A DNA stretch of 64,000 nt, from contig OZ252239.1 in assembly GCA_965249485.1 (NCBI GenBank), positions 96,001 to 160,000 of the forward strand. Reading direction: 5' to 3'. The notes beneath the pieces were generated by a model that was given only the letters and a program-made list of their open reading frames with translations, was not told where the DNA came from and searched no databases. The stretch is from a bacterium. GTDB taxonomy: Bacteria; SM23-31. Below, one piece after another: positions 1 to 9,627 of this stretch (position 1 is its first letter; every line of letters begins with the position of its first letter). The position numbers and the translations under genes are program-made.

Positions 1-96
1 TGTTGGATGTATACGGTATGAAACTATAGTAATGAAACTGAATGAAACCTTGCTCTATAAGACTATAATGAATTACGAATTGACTATCAGAACTAT

Positions 97-330
97 TATT
101 CAATTGCAACACAATATAATGATTCTTCCGTACAATCATACTATAGTAGAGCCATAACAGCACAAAGAGCAGCCACCACACAGTGACTTACTATTACATG
201 ATGGGCAGCTGCTCTTCTATGTATTTGACGTTCTTTACCCCGTGAAATATTTTCAGTAAAGAAAAGATGAGAACCCCATTCCAGCCGGATACCGCCTATC
301 TACAACTAGATCTTTTTCAAATTCTCTCAA
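97..330 (-). pseudogene. Degenerate partial copy of the 3' part of the 406..966 gene
   Basis: Minus-strand translation gives CPSCNSKSLCGGCSLCCYGSTI* and, after a frameshift, TEESLYCVAIE*, matching CPSCYCESPCGGCYWCYG...TEEFLYFVAIEY of 406..966. DNA similarity extends to about 330. Confidence 0.75.
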
Positions 331-405
331 ATGTCTCGAAAAAATTCACGAAACAGAATAAAACCTATGACCTATAGTAACAGTAGTTCGTATAAAATAT
401 CAGTA

Positions 406-966
406 CTAATATTCAATTGCAACAAAATATAAAAATTCTTCCGTTTTGCCGCTATAATATGAAGAGGCACCGTAGCACCAATAGCAGCCGCCACACGGTG
501 ATTCACAATAACAAGATGGGCAATAATCAGCCTTCTTATTCAGCGATTCTCCTTCAGGTACAGGAGGATGAGAACCATAACCAAGCCAGACACCGTCAAT
601 ATCTACAACAAAATCTTCATTATTTTCTCCCATAGGGATAAATATTTTTTCTTCCGCACCATTCCTAACCCAGACACCTTTGGCACTGTTCGTGTCGAGA
701 TGATATTTATAACCTGTGATCACACCATCTTTTAAAATAACACCGGTTGTACATTCAGATGCGTTAAGGCTGAATTCCACGGGAAGTACATTAAGCGGGG
801 AGTAGGTCCCTTCCAGTAGTGTTTCATCCGTAGGTGAATTTGAAAGTGACAAAAGGTCACTTTGTGCTTCATGACCCGAAATGTTCGAAGGTGAGTTACA
901 AAAACTGACCAATCCCACTAACAATATCACGGACATCGTGATATAGATAGATTTGCGGAGTACCAT
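406..966 (-). CDS. Exported or lipoprotein hypothetical with Cys-rich C-terminal motif
   Basis: 186-aa ORF with hydrophobic N-terminus followed by Cys, GAGG RBS, and C-terminal CPSCYCESPCGGCYWC. Confidence 0.7.
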   Translation of the reverse strand: MVLRKSIYITMSVILLVGLVSFCNSPSNISGHEAQSDLLSLSNSPTDETLLEGTYSPLNVLPVEFSLNASECTTGVILKDGVITGYKYHLDTNSAKGVWVRNGAEEKIFIPMGENNEDFVVDIDGVWLGYGSHPPVPEGESLNKKADYCPSCYCESPCGGCYWCYGASSYYSGKTEEFLYFVAIEY

Positions 967-1005
967 ACTAATACCTCTAAAGTAGTTATACAGAATTGAA
1001 TTTTA

Positions 1006-1584
1006 TTATAACATAATGCGTTCATTAACCTTTTCAATCTCTTTTATGAGAACATCAAACTGTAATGGTTTAAAAAGAACCCTGTCAGCGCCACATTTGA
1101 TCGCTTTTTTGGTATTATCATCTGAACCATATCCGGTTAAAACGATCACTTGTATATGTTTTGTTTGGTTATCTGATTTTATTCTTGTGCAGACTTTAAA
1201 ACCGTCAACTTTAGGCATCATTAAATCCAGAATTATTACATCCGGCATAAACTGGGCAATTTTTATTCCGGCATCAAAGCCGTCATCAGCACTTTGAATA
1301 TTGAAATTACCGGAATGCGAATGAAGCATCTCAGCAATAAGATCTCGTGACTCCTTCTCATCGTCGACTATTAATATTTTCAAAGGAGGTAGATCTGCCA
1401 GGGTGGATAAAGGAAAATCATGTTTTTTAATAAACTGTACCAAATCTTTTTGGACGATTCTTCTATGACCCCCGGGTGTTCTAAATGAATTTAATTTACC
1501 CGACTCGATCCACCTGTTAATTGACATAAAACTTACACTGCAAATCTTGGCTGCCTGAAACGATGTGAGAACGTTTTTACGCAT
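1006..1584 (-). CDS. Response regulator with N-terminal excisionase/MerR-like HTH and receiver domain
   Basis: LTSFQAAKIC...W...G.L...RTPGGHRRI HTH motif; REC motifs ILIVDDE, ILDLMMP and KP. Confidence 0.9.
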   Translation of the reverse strand: MRKNVLTSFQAAKICSVSFMSINRWIESGKLNSFRTPGGHRRIVQKDLVQFIKKHDFPLSTLADLPPLKILIVDDEKESRDLIAEMLHSHSGNFNIQSADDGFDAGIKIAQFMPDVIILDLMMPKVDGFKVCTRIKSDNQTKHIQVIVLTGYGSDDNTKKAIKCGADRVLFKPLQFDVLIKEIEKVNERIML

Positions 1585-2151
1585 TGTATATATAAGTTAA
1601 GTAAGTTAATTAATATAATAAATTTAATGCGCTGTCAATATATTGTACAAATGCATCAATTGTCAAGCATTAAATTAAAAAAATGGCAAAAATGATACTT
1701 TATAGGATATATGTGACGTATTTAACCTTATTGACGTATTGAACAGTTGAAAGGGTAGCTCATCCGTTATAGTCACATTCACACGTGCAGTACCGATTAA
1801 GGAATGAGGTCGAATATTCAAGAGCAGGAATAAAAGTATCAAACTCGTCTAACAAACTCACGCCCGGGAATAAACTACTTGATCACTATTGTGTGGGGCA
1901 CTACTATTGAAGTAGTGACGTTGGCGTGGAACGGGGAACGTACTGCCGAAGGAAAGGGTTTCAAAAACTTCAGGAAACTCAGATTCAAAGAAATTTGGTT
2001 TGATACTTAATGGTGATCAATTTTACGCAGTAACCTCGTATCAGTAGAAGAATTGCATATGTTGTATTACATAATGAACCGTTTGTACGGTGAGACTTTA
2101 ATGACGTTGTATCTTATTGGAAATAATCATAGCGTATACTTTTCACGTCAA

Positions 2152-3638
2152 TTACGAGACAAATAAAATTCTCACAAGAAATCCCGTACAAAACAATCCT
2201 GTAACATATATAGATATAAGATATCCCAGCAAAATGATATTACCCGGATTTGCCGTAGCTCTCGTACTATTGAATTTATCTAAATTCAATCTCAATCCAA
2301 AAAAAAAATAGACGTATACACTATGGAATGTACTGCTCTTACAGTGCCTTTTTCAAAGATATTTTCTTTGCTTTTCCGGTTTGCTTCATTAGCATTGCAC
2401 AGATCAATTGTATATATGTTTTTCGACAACCGCGGATAAAGAACCATATTTACTATGCTCAATAAAACCAGCAATAATAGTGTCCTATACATCACTTTTT
2501 CCTTTGCGTATCCATAATTCCACCAATAGTTCTGGAAAAACTTTATAAATGTGTTGGTAAACCAGCTCAGCCCGCCTCTTTCTGCCGCATGATCATATTT
2601 ATAATTCCGATATTGTATGTCCAGCTTTTCTCTACTATCCAGATATCCTTTATCCTCCATTCTCTTGAGCAATTCTTCGAATGTGGAGAGTAGTACATGA
2701 TGGCTTGTATCCTGATCTTTATCAAATGTGATATCAAAGGTATTGAAGTCGATTTTGAATTTACTGATATCTGCTCCATAGAGAAATAACTTTGGTTTTT
2801 CCTGTTCATCATTATTCATTGCAGTTAGTTTATTTGAATGTATTATTGCAGACGTTAGATCAATTTCTCCTTCATTAATACTAACGTTTCTAAAATCCAT
2901 TACATCTGGTAATGTTATAGTGTCGAAATTTAATTCGCCATTCAATGTCGCGTGTGAAAAATCAGCTAATGAATGAAAGGTAGCGTGTGAGAAATCAACG
3001 TTCGCTTTAAAGTCCGCATTGCGAAAATAAACTCTCTCATTAAAATTCACATTACGAAAATCAGCTGATGAGTTGAAATCCGTTCTGACAAAAACAGCCG
3101 ATGAGTCAAATTCCGAATTATCAAAATTAACGTTTGCGTTAAAGGTTACACCTCTAAAATCAGCAACTGCATTAAAATCAACTTCTACAAAATTAGCATC
3201 CGAGTAAAAGTTTGCAGCACTGAAATTAGCAGCCGAATCGAAGGTTGCGGTGCTAAAATGAGCTGCTGCGTTGAAATCCGTTCTAAAATAATGAACGGCA
3301 TTGTAAAAGTTTGTGCCGCCAAAATCAACCGCCGCGTTAAAGTTCATACCCTCAAAATGAACTTTTGAATAAAAATCAACACCTCGAAAATGTGCAGCAT
3401 CGTTGAAGTTAGAACCGCCAAATTGAGCTGGCGGGATAAAGTGAGCACTATCAAAATCAACGGTCGAGTTAAAAACCACATTACGAAAATCAGCTGCCGA
3501 ATCAAAGACCGCACGTTCAAAATTGACCGGGGTAGTAAAGGTTCGGTTGCTAAAATCCTGCCCGAAGAGACTTATTGGAAATACCACATTTAAGAGCAGT
3601 ATTTTCAGGACAACAACTGATGCAATGCGGAATATCAT
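2152..3638 (-). CDS. Pentapeptide-repeat membrane protein, frameshifted in a T10 tract near its 3' end
   Basis: Signal peptide, many A(D/N)F repeats, WWNYGY followed by TM segments. The called ORF stops at 2292, but shifting frame in the homopolymer at 2299-2308 continues FFFGLRLNLDKF...YVTGLFCTGFLVRILFVS* to 2152. Confidence 0.8.
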
Positions 3639-3926
3639 AGGTGACGCTCTTGTTTGTTATCTGCACTATCGATTGATCAATAAGAAGATTTTTGTGCACT
3701 ATTGCAATAAAAAGTTGCCGGGTTGTATACAGTACGCCGGTTATACATTAAGGAATTACAATACGTACCGCATGCGGGTATTCGGGCAGTTCGGGAAGAT
3801 TCATAGGGACAATATGTTGAAAACATGTTACTGGATAGCCATCGGTATCCCGGTGGCCCTCTTGATCCTCTTCCATGTTGTGAAGACACTGTCTTCGAAT
3901 GGAGATTACAATTTACAAACAACTAT

Positions 3927-5462
3927 TTATGCAGTAGCAATATGTTCCGCTAACCGTACCGCGAGCGCGCCCAGTGTTAAAGTCGGGTTAGTCGCCGTGA
4001 CATTGGGAAAAACTGCATTTGAGCACACATACAGATTATCTGTACCGTGAACCCGTAAGTTTTTATCGACCACACCATCGGTGTCAGAGCCGCTCATCCG
4101 GCAGGTCGATGATACATGCGAACCGGTAGTACCACCTAATGAGATTTTAATACTGTCTTCTTTACAACCTGCTGCTTTCAAGATTCTCATCAGGTTCTGA
4201 GCATGTGTTTGAAGAACCTTCCTGGTTATTTCATTGACACTGAAATTCATGATTGTTCCAGGAAGTCCAAATTTATCCGCATTGGCTCCTCCGAGCCTCA
4301 CACTGTTTTCCGGGCTCTCAAACTGTTCAATGGAGGCATAAAATTCGAACTTCATACTCGATGCCATTTTGGTATTAATTTTAGCCCGTGAAACATTGGA
4401 CAGAATCTCCTGTTCAAGGAACGTATTGCCGCTATCCTCAACTCTGGCAAGAAGCATTTTGCCATCTTTCTGGTATCGTGGTGTATCAAAATGCCGGCAT
4501 GCAAGGGTGATAAATCCAAGCTCCTGCTCTGTTTTATCAGGATTCCCCTGCCGGGTACCTGCTGCGGAAATAAGAGGATGGCCTACGAGGTGTCTGCCGA
4601 CATGCCCTGAATCGTTGCCAATGCCTTCAGACCAGTCAGTATTGGCAGAAGCCAGCAGGAGTTTGGTGGATTCTACCGTGCCACTGCAAATGACCACTGT
4701 GTCGCCTTCCATCGATCCGTTAAGGCCGGTTTTTCTATTCGAATAACGCACCCCTACGGCCTGTTTTTTACCATCCATTACTATGTGTAATACAGGCGAC
4801 TCAGTACGTATAACCAGTCTGCTGCCATATTCTTTTTCCAGCTCAGCCAAATCGAACGCAGCAGAATACCGGGCGTTGACAGGACAATACCTGCATGTTC
4901 CCGTTGTAACACACTTTCCGCCATGCCTCGCCAACGGCATATGTGAATAGGATATACCGAGTTTTTTGAACGCCTCTATAATCGGCATATCATTTAAGGT
5001 GTACGGCGCAGCAGCAAATGGATAGTTCTGACCATACCGTGGCGGATCATCATCGTCTGAGTCCCCTTCAATCCCCAGCAGGTACTCCGCCTGCGTATAA
5101 TATGAGGACAATTCGTCATAGGTAATGGGCCAGTCAGCGCCGATCCCGGTACGGGATTTCAGTTCAAAATCTTCCGGTTTGAAGCGCAGACTCCACCCAC
5201 CCCAATGGTTGGTAGTCCCACCTTTCACAAATAGCCTTGAACCGCGAAGTCCGAACTGTTTATCCTCTGGTTCCGGATCGTCTAAAAATGCTCGGTATGG
5301 ATCAATTTTCGCCATCAGGTAATCGAGCCATACACGGTACTTGCCCATTTCAAAATCAGGACCCGCCTCAAACATAGTAATCTGATAGTCGCTCGATTGG
5401 AGAAGCTGCCTCGCCAGTAACGCACCGGCTACACCAGAACCCACAATAATGATCGATTTCAT
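3927..5462 (-). CDS. GMC-family FAD oxidoreductase (sugar dehydrogenase large-subunit type), copy 1
   Basis: IIVGSGVAG Rossmann motif, GGTTNHWGG, CxxxGxCxxCP Cys cluster, HxxSTCRM, NPTLT. Confidence 0.92.
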   Translation of the reverse strand: MKSIIIVGSGVAGALLARQLLQSSDYQITMFEAGPDFEMGKYRVWLDYLMAKIDPYRAFLDDPEPEDKQFGLRGSRLFVKGGTTNHWGGWSLRFKPEDFELKSRTGIGADWPITYDELSSYYTQAEYLLGIEGDSDDDDPPRYGQNYPFAAAPYTLNDMPIIEAFKKLGISYSHMPLARHGGKCVTTGTCRYCPVNARYSAAFDLAELEKEYGSRLVIRTESPVLHIVMDGKKQAVGVRYSNRKTGLNGSMEGDTVVICSGTVESTKLLLASANTDWSEGIGNDSGHVGRHLVGHPLISAAGTRQGNPDKTEQELGFITLACRHFDTPRYQKDGKMLLARVEDSGNTFLEQEILSNVSRAKINTKMASSMKFEFYASIEQFESPENSVRLGGANADKFGLPGTIMNFSVNEITRKVLQTHAQNLMRILKAAGCKEDSIKISLGGTTGSHVSSTCRMSGSDTDGVVDKNLRVHGTDNLYVCSNAVFPNVTATNPTLTLGALAVRLAEHIATA

Positions 5463-5477
5463 ACTTATACCCCTCTC

Positions 5478-5663
5478 TTAACAGCTGCCGGGTGACGTGT
5501 GTAATCCGCCATAATAGCCTCTGTAATTTGATAGTTCGAATCTTTTGAATCCGCCCGAAAAGGGGATCTGGTGCGTGATAATTTCAGCAAAGACGAAGGT
5601 TCTCGCACTGCCTGGTCTTGTATGTGCAATGTTTTCATGTATGGCTCTTTTTAAGTGTTCCAT
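5478..5663 (-). pseudogene. Short ORF upstream of GMC copy 1; possible remnant of a dehydrogenase small subunit
   Basis: Conserved in both duplicate units (GGFKRFxLSNYRGYYG) and lies directly upstream of the GMC start. The assignment is inference. Confidence 0.35.
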
Positions 5664-5743
5664 TATTATAGATTGGGTGCACTTTTTGGCTATCCAATGT
5701 AAGAAACACCAAATACAACTCCTCTTCTCCATACGGTTGCGGC

Positions 5744-5882
5744 TTATTTTATAATGAATATTTCCTCAATTGGCGGTTGAATAAATTCAACACTCCTGCT
5801 GGTTATTATTTGAGGAATTGAAATATTAAAAGCCAATGGATAACCGGGCCTTTCATCAATACTCTTATGGACCATATATTTA
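5744..5882 (-). pseudogene. Duplicated 3' fragment of the M24-like gene 7804..9252
   Basis: YMVHKSIDERPGYPLAFNIS.PQIITS..VEFIQPP.EEIFIIK is nearly identical to the C-terminus of 7804..9252. Confidence 0.9.
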
Positions 5883-5988
5883 AAATGAGTATCCGGATAG
5901 CCATCGGTATCCCGGTGGCCCTCTTGATCCGTTTCCATGTTGTGAAGACACTGTCTTCGTAGAAAGATTACAATTTACAAACAACTAT

Positions 5989-7521
5989 TTACGCAGTGGC
6001 AATATGTTCAGCTAAGCGAACCGCGACCGCGCCCAGTGTTAACGTCGGGTTAGTCGCCGTGACATTGGGAGAAACTGCATTTGAGCAAACATACAGATTA
6101 TCTGTGCCGTGAATTCGTAAGTTTTTATCGACCACACCATCGGTATCCGAGTTACTCATTCGGCAGGTCGAAGTTACATGCCCACCAACAGATTTAATTA
6201 ATGTGGTAGTAATACTGTCTTCTTTACAACCTGCCGCTTTCAATATTCTCATCAGATTCTGAGTATGTGTTTGGAGAGCCTTCCTGGTAATTGGATTGAC
6301 ACCATAATCAATTTTTGTACCACGCAGTCCAAACTTGCCCGAATTGTCGCCGAGCCCCACTCTGTTTTCGGGGCTCTCAAACTGTTCTATGGAGGCATAC
6401 AATTTAAATTTCATACTTGATGCCATTTTGGTATTGATTTTAGACCGTGAGACTTTGGCGAGAATTTCTTTTTCCAGGAAGGTTTTACTGTCATCTCCCA
6501 TTCTGGCAATAAGCATTTTACCGTCTTTCTGGTATTGTGGAGTGTCAAAATGCCGACATGCTAACGTGATAAAACCTAATTCCTGTTCTATTCTTTTAGG
6601 ATTTCCCGGGCGAATACCTTCGGCGAAGATAAGAGGATGGCCTACCAGGTGTCTGCCGACATGCCCTGAATCGTTGCCAATACCATCTGTCCAATGAGCA
6701 TTAGCAGAGGACAACAGGAGTTTGGCGGATTCAACTGTACCATTGCAAACTACCACTGTGTCACCTTCCATCGATCCGTTAAGAGCGGTTTTCCTATTTA
6801 AAAAGTCCACTCCTCTAGCCTGCTTTTTGCCATCCATCACAATTTTTAAAACAGGCGAATCCGTCCTTATGTCAAGCCTGCTGTTGTATTCTTTTTTTAG
6901 CTCATCCAAATCGAACGCCGCAGAATACCGGGCGTTAACGGGACAGTAACTGCACGTTCCTGTCGTGACGCATTTATTACCACTCCTTGCCATCGGCATG
7001 TGGGAGTAAGACATACCCAGTTTTGTAAGCGCCTCGATTATGGGCATATCATTTATGGTGAACGGTGCAGCAGCAAATGGAAATTTCTGCCCATACCGTG
7101 GAGGATCATCGTTGTCCGAATCTCCTTCAATCCCCAACAGAAATTCTGCCTGTGCATAGTATGGGGATAGTTCATCATAGGTAATTGGCCAGTCAGCGCA
7201 AATCCCGGTACGGGATTTCAGTTCAAAATCTTCCGGCTTATAGCGCAGACTCCGCCCATCCCAATGGTTGGTAGTGCCGCCTTTTACAAAAAGCCTTGAA
7301 CCTGGAAGTTCGAAGTATTCATTTCCTGCTCGCAGATCATCCCAAAACGCTTTATAGGGATTCTTATTCGCCATCAAAAGATCAAGCCATATACGATACT
7401 TGCCCGTTTGGAAATCAGGACCTGCCTCGAACATAGTAATCTGATAGTCGCTCGATTGGAGAAGCTGCCTCGCCAGTAACGCACCGGCTACACCAGAACC
7501 CACAATAATGATCGACTTCAT
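5989..7521 (-). CDS. GMC-family FAD oxidoreductase, copy 2
   Basis: Same motifs as copy 1; start taken at MKSIIIVG after GAGGTG. Confidence 0.92.
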   Translation of the reverse strand: MKSIIIVGSGVAGALLARQLLQSSDYQITMFEAGPDFQTGKYRIWLDLLMANKNPYKAFWDDLRAGNEYFELPGSRLFVKGGTTNHWDGRSLRYKPEDFELKSRTGICADWPITYDELSPYYAQAEFLLGIEGDSDNDDPPRYGQKFPFAAAPFTINDMPIIEALTKLGMSYSHMPMARSGNKCVTTGTCSYCPVNARYSAAFDLDELKKEYNSRLDIRTDSPVLKIVMDGKKQARGVDFLNRKTALNGSMEGDTVVVCNGTVESAKLLLSSANAHWTDGIGNDSGHVGRHLVGHPLIFAEGIRPGNPKRIEQELGFITLACRHFDTPQYQKDGKMLIARMGDDSKTFLEKEILAKVSRSKINTKMASSMKFKLYASIEQFESPENRVGLGDNSGKFGLRGTKIDYGVNPITRKALQTHTQNLMRILKAAGCKEDSITTTLIKSVGGHVTSTCRMSNSDTDGVVDKNLRIHGTDNLYVCSNAVSPNVTATNPTLTLGAVAVRLAEHIATA

Positions 7522-7522
7522 T

Positions 7523-7723
7523 TTACACCTCACCTCTCATATAGCTTTCGGGTGTGGTGAACTGTTCGCCATAATAGCCTCTGTAATTTGATAGTCCGAA
7601 TCTTTTGAATCCGCCCGAAAAGGGGATCTGGTGCGTGATAATTTCAGCAAAGACAAAGTTTCCCGCACGGCCGAGTATTGTATGTGCAATGTGTTCATGT
7701 ATGGCTCTTTTTAAGTGTTCCAT
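7523..7723 (-). pseudogene. Short ORF abutting GMC copy 2; possible small-subunit remnant
   Basis: The stop lies immediately before the GMC start, and the ORF is conserved with 5478..5663. Confidence 0.35.
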
Positions 7724-7803
7724 TATTATAGATTGGGTGGTCTATTTGACTATCCAATGTAAGAAACACCAAATACAACTCCCCTTCTCCACAAGGTTGC
7801 GGC

Positions 7804-9252
7804 TCATTTTATAATGAATATTTCCTCATTTGGTGGTTGAATAAATTCAACTCCCTTGCTGGTAATTATTTGAGGATTTGAAATATTAAAAGCCAATGGA
7901 TAACCGGGCCTTTCATCAATACTCTTATGGACCATATATTCATAAGCAAAAAGATTATTCTCCTGGATTACCAAATGATCCCGGTCTTTCCGAAATGGCG
8001 CAATGGAGGCTCCGACGTCGCCACCTATGCCAAAACCGTGATTATCAATAGAAAATCCCGGCTTATCAGTGTTAGCGAGTGCCTTTTGTATAATCTTGTA
8101 ATCTTCTATACCATCATCGATAAAAGGTGTATATATGTAGCCTGCTTCTTCCATGAGTTTGACCATAGCTTCTAAAGATTCTCCGGAAGTCATGCCGACT
8201 TTCATACCGTCCCGCATAATCCATTGCCCTGCTATCGCCAGATCATAAACCTCCTGTAAAAAATCGGGAACTTTTGTTTCTCCTTCCCTCAATATATAGG
8301 CGTGAATCTTAGTGTCTACTCCAAAACCCATGTAGTTTCCTCCCGGACCACCGCCTCCGCCGACAAATAAATCACCACGCTGTAATACATAGTCAGGATT
8401 ATGAATAAACCACCGTACATCAGGCGTAGAGATTGGCACAGTTTTATCAGGTGTGTTTACTGCTGAATAGTACACCCGGGCATTTATATCCGCTATTGTG
8501 GTTACGCCCGGTATGACCTGAGACAATCGTTGCTGAGAACGCTGACGGGCCAGTGCCAATACTTCGACCTGTGCCGCAACTTCCCTGCTTGTCCTTCTTA
8601 CAACGAAATCTGAAATAACATTCTCCGCAGACACAATTCTCCGGGAATATTTAGGTCCTAAAATTTCTTCCAATTGCAGGTATTGGGTATGCGAAATCCC
8701 ATCGGCTTGAGCCAGCCATTTTGAATAATTTACCGCTATTGTTTGCGGATCACGTTCAGCAACAAAATCCATTATTTCTTCGTAGACTTCGGGAATTGAA
8801 AATCCCTGACTGGGATCAGTATTGTTATAATTATAACCGGAAAAAGCCCGTGCGACGTTCAAAGAACCTTGTATGTCAATATTTTCAACAGCTCCGGCTG
8901 CACCAGAACGACCGTACCCGGATATTCCCGGTCCACCAAACACAGCTCGCTCAATCCTGTCTCCCCGGTCGGTAAAGATCAAATAACTTGTCCTTCCGGA
9001 GGCTGATCCAAAAAATGGTGCCAAAGGATCACCGGGACGAGTAACGTGAATCCACATGTCCACATTATTGTCGCGCATGGCGCCCGGAAGAACAAGGTCA
9101 AGTTTATCATTCCTCATCAGACGAAGAGCTTCCCTATCCGTCTCAACCGTACGCTGCGGAAGAGGATTGAAGGAATCTCCACCTCGCTGTGCTAGTGCAT
9201 TCGGTACAATGATCATCACTGTAATTAAAGATAACATTATTCGAGATAGCAT
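7804..9252 (-). CDS. Secreted M24 (pita-bread fold) peptidase-like protein
   Basis: Signal peptide; family motifs DMWIHV, ERAVFG, DGISH, QRGD, AYILREGET, H and E positions shared with 18964..20286. Confidence 0.8.
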   Translation of the reverse strand: MLSRIMLSLITVMIIVPNALAQRGGDSFNPLPQRTVETDREALRLMRNDKLDLVLPGAMRDNNVDMWIHVTRPGDPLAPFFGSASGRTSYLIFTDRGDRIERAVFGGPGISGYGRSGAAGAVENIDIQGSLNVARAFSGYNYNNTDPSQGFSIPEVYEEIMDFVAERDPQTIAVNYSKWLAQADGISHTQYLQLEEILGPKYSRRIVSAENVISDFVVRRTSREVAAQVEVLALARQRSQQRLSQVIPGVTTIADINARVYYSAVNTPDKTVPISTPDVRWFIHNPDYVLQRGDLFVGGGGGPGGNYMGFGVDTKIHAYILREGETKVPDFLQEVYDLAIAGQWIMRDGMKVGMTSGESLEAMVKLMEEAGYIYTPFIDDGIEDYKIIQKALANTDKPGFSIDNHGFGIGGDVGASIAPFRKDRDHLVIQENNLFAYEYMVHKSIDERPGYPLAFNISNPQIITSKGVEFIQPPNEEIFIIK

Positions 9253-9420
9253 TTCTTACTCCCTTTTAAATTAACGGTGGCATTTTGGTACTATTGTATT
9301 TGTGAACTGCTTCAATTGTGGTCAGACGTTACGACATCAGGATTATTGTAGTGGAGTGTTTATTATTTTTGTACAACTTGGGTGTGTGTTGTACGAACAT
9401 ATGTGGCGCATTTACTATAG

Positions 9421-9449
9421 ATAGTAAGGTATGAAATTAACTTTTACAA
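9421..9449 (-). promoter_or_regulatory. sigma70-like promoter inside the repeated junction element
   Basis: Minus strand TTGTAA-17 bp-TACTAT; TTGTAA-17 bp-TACCAT recurs at ~30460-30488, ~32181-32209 and ~35054-35082. Confidence 0.6.
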
Positions 9450-9459
9450 GTAAATTTTG

Positions 9460-9484
9460 CTCCCCGGGCTGTACGAATTGCAAT
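9460..9484. repeat. Junction repeat family A, copy 1
   Basis: CTCCCCGGGCTGTACGAATTGCAAT. Confidence 0.8.
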
Positions 9485-9627
9485 CAACGAAAATTTGACT
9501 GTTTTACTGATTTCTATTATGGGTTTCTTCTAATCGCTTGTCCAATTTGTTCTGAATCTTTACAGCTTTGTCATTGTAGAATCATGACATTACAACTATG
9601 CTACAAAGGTTTTCATGAGAAAAGAAA

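Larger units (their letters stand above)
3833..7941. repeat. Tandem duplication of ~2.05 kb (units ~3833-5882 and ~5895-7941)
   Basis: GGATAGCCATCGGTATCCCGGTGGCCCTCTTGATCC at ~3833 and ~5895; near-identical 5510-5880 and 7570-7940; paralogous GMC genes within the units. Confidence 0.9.

Noticed and set aside
1006..1584. Excisionase of the cassette system
   Set aside because: HTH plus receiver fusions are common stand-alone regulators, and nothing links this one to the repeats.
3523..4050. 175-aa + strand ORF and similar antisense ORFs (e.g. 50138, 47312, 45730, 55550)
   Set aside because: They overlap well-supported genes on the opposite strand and are treated as shadow ORFs.
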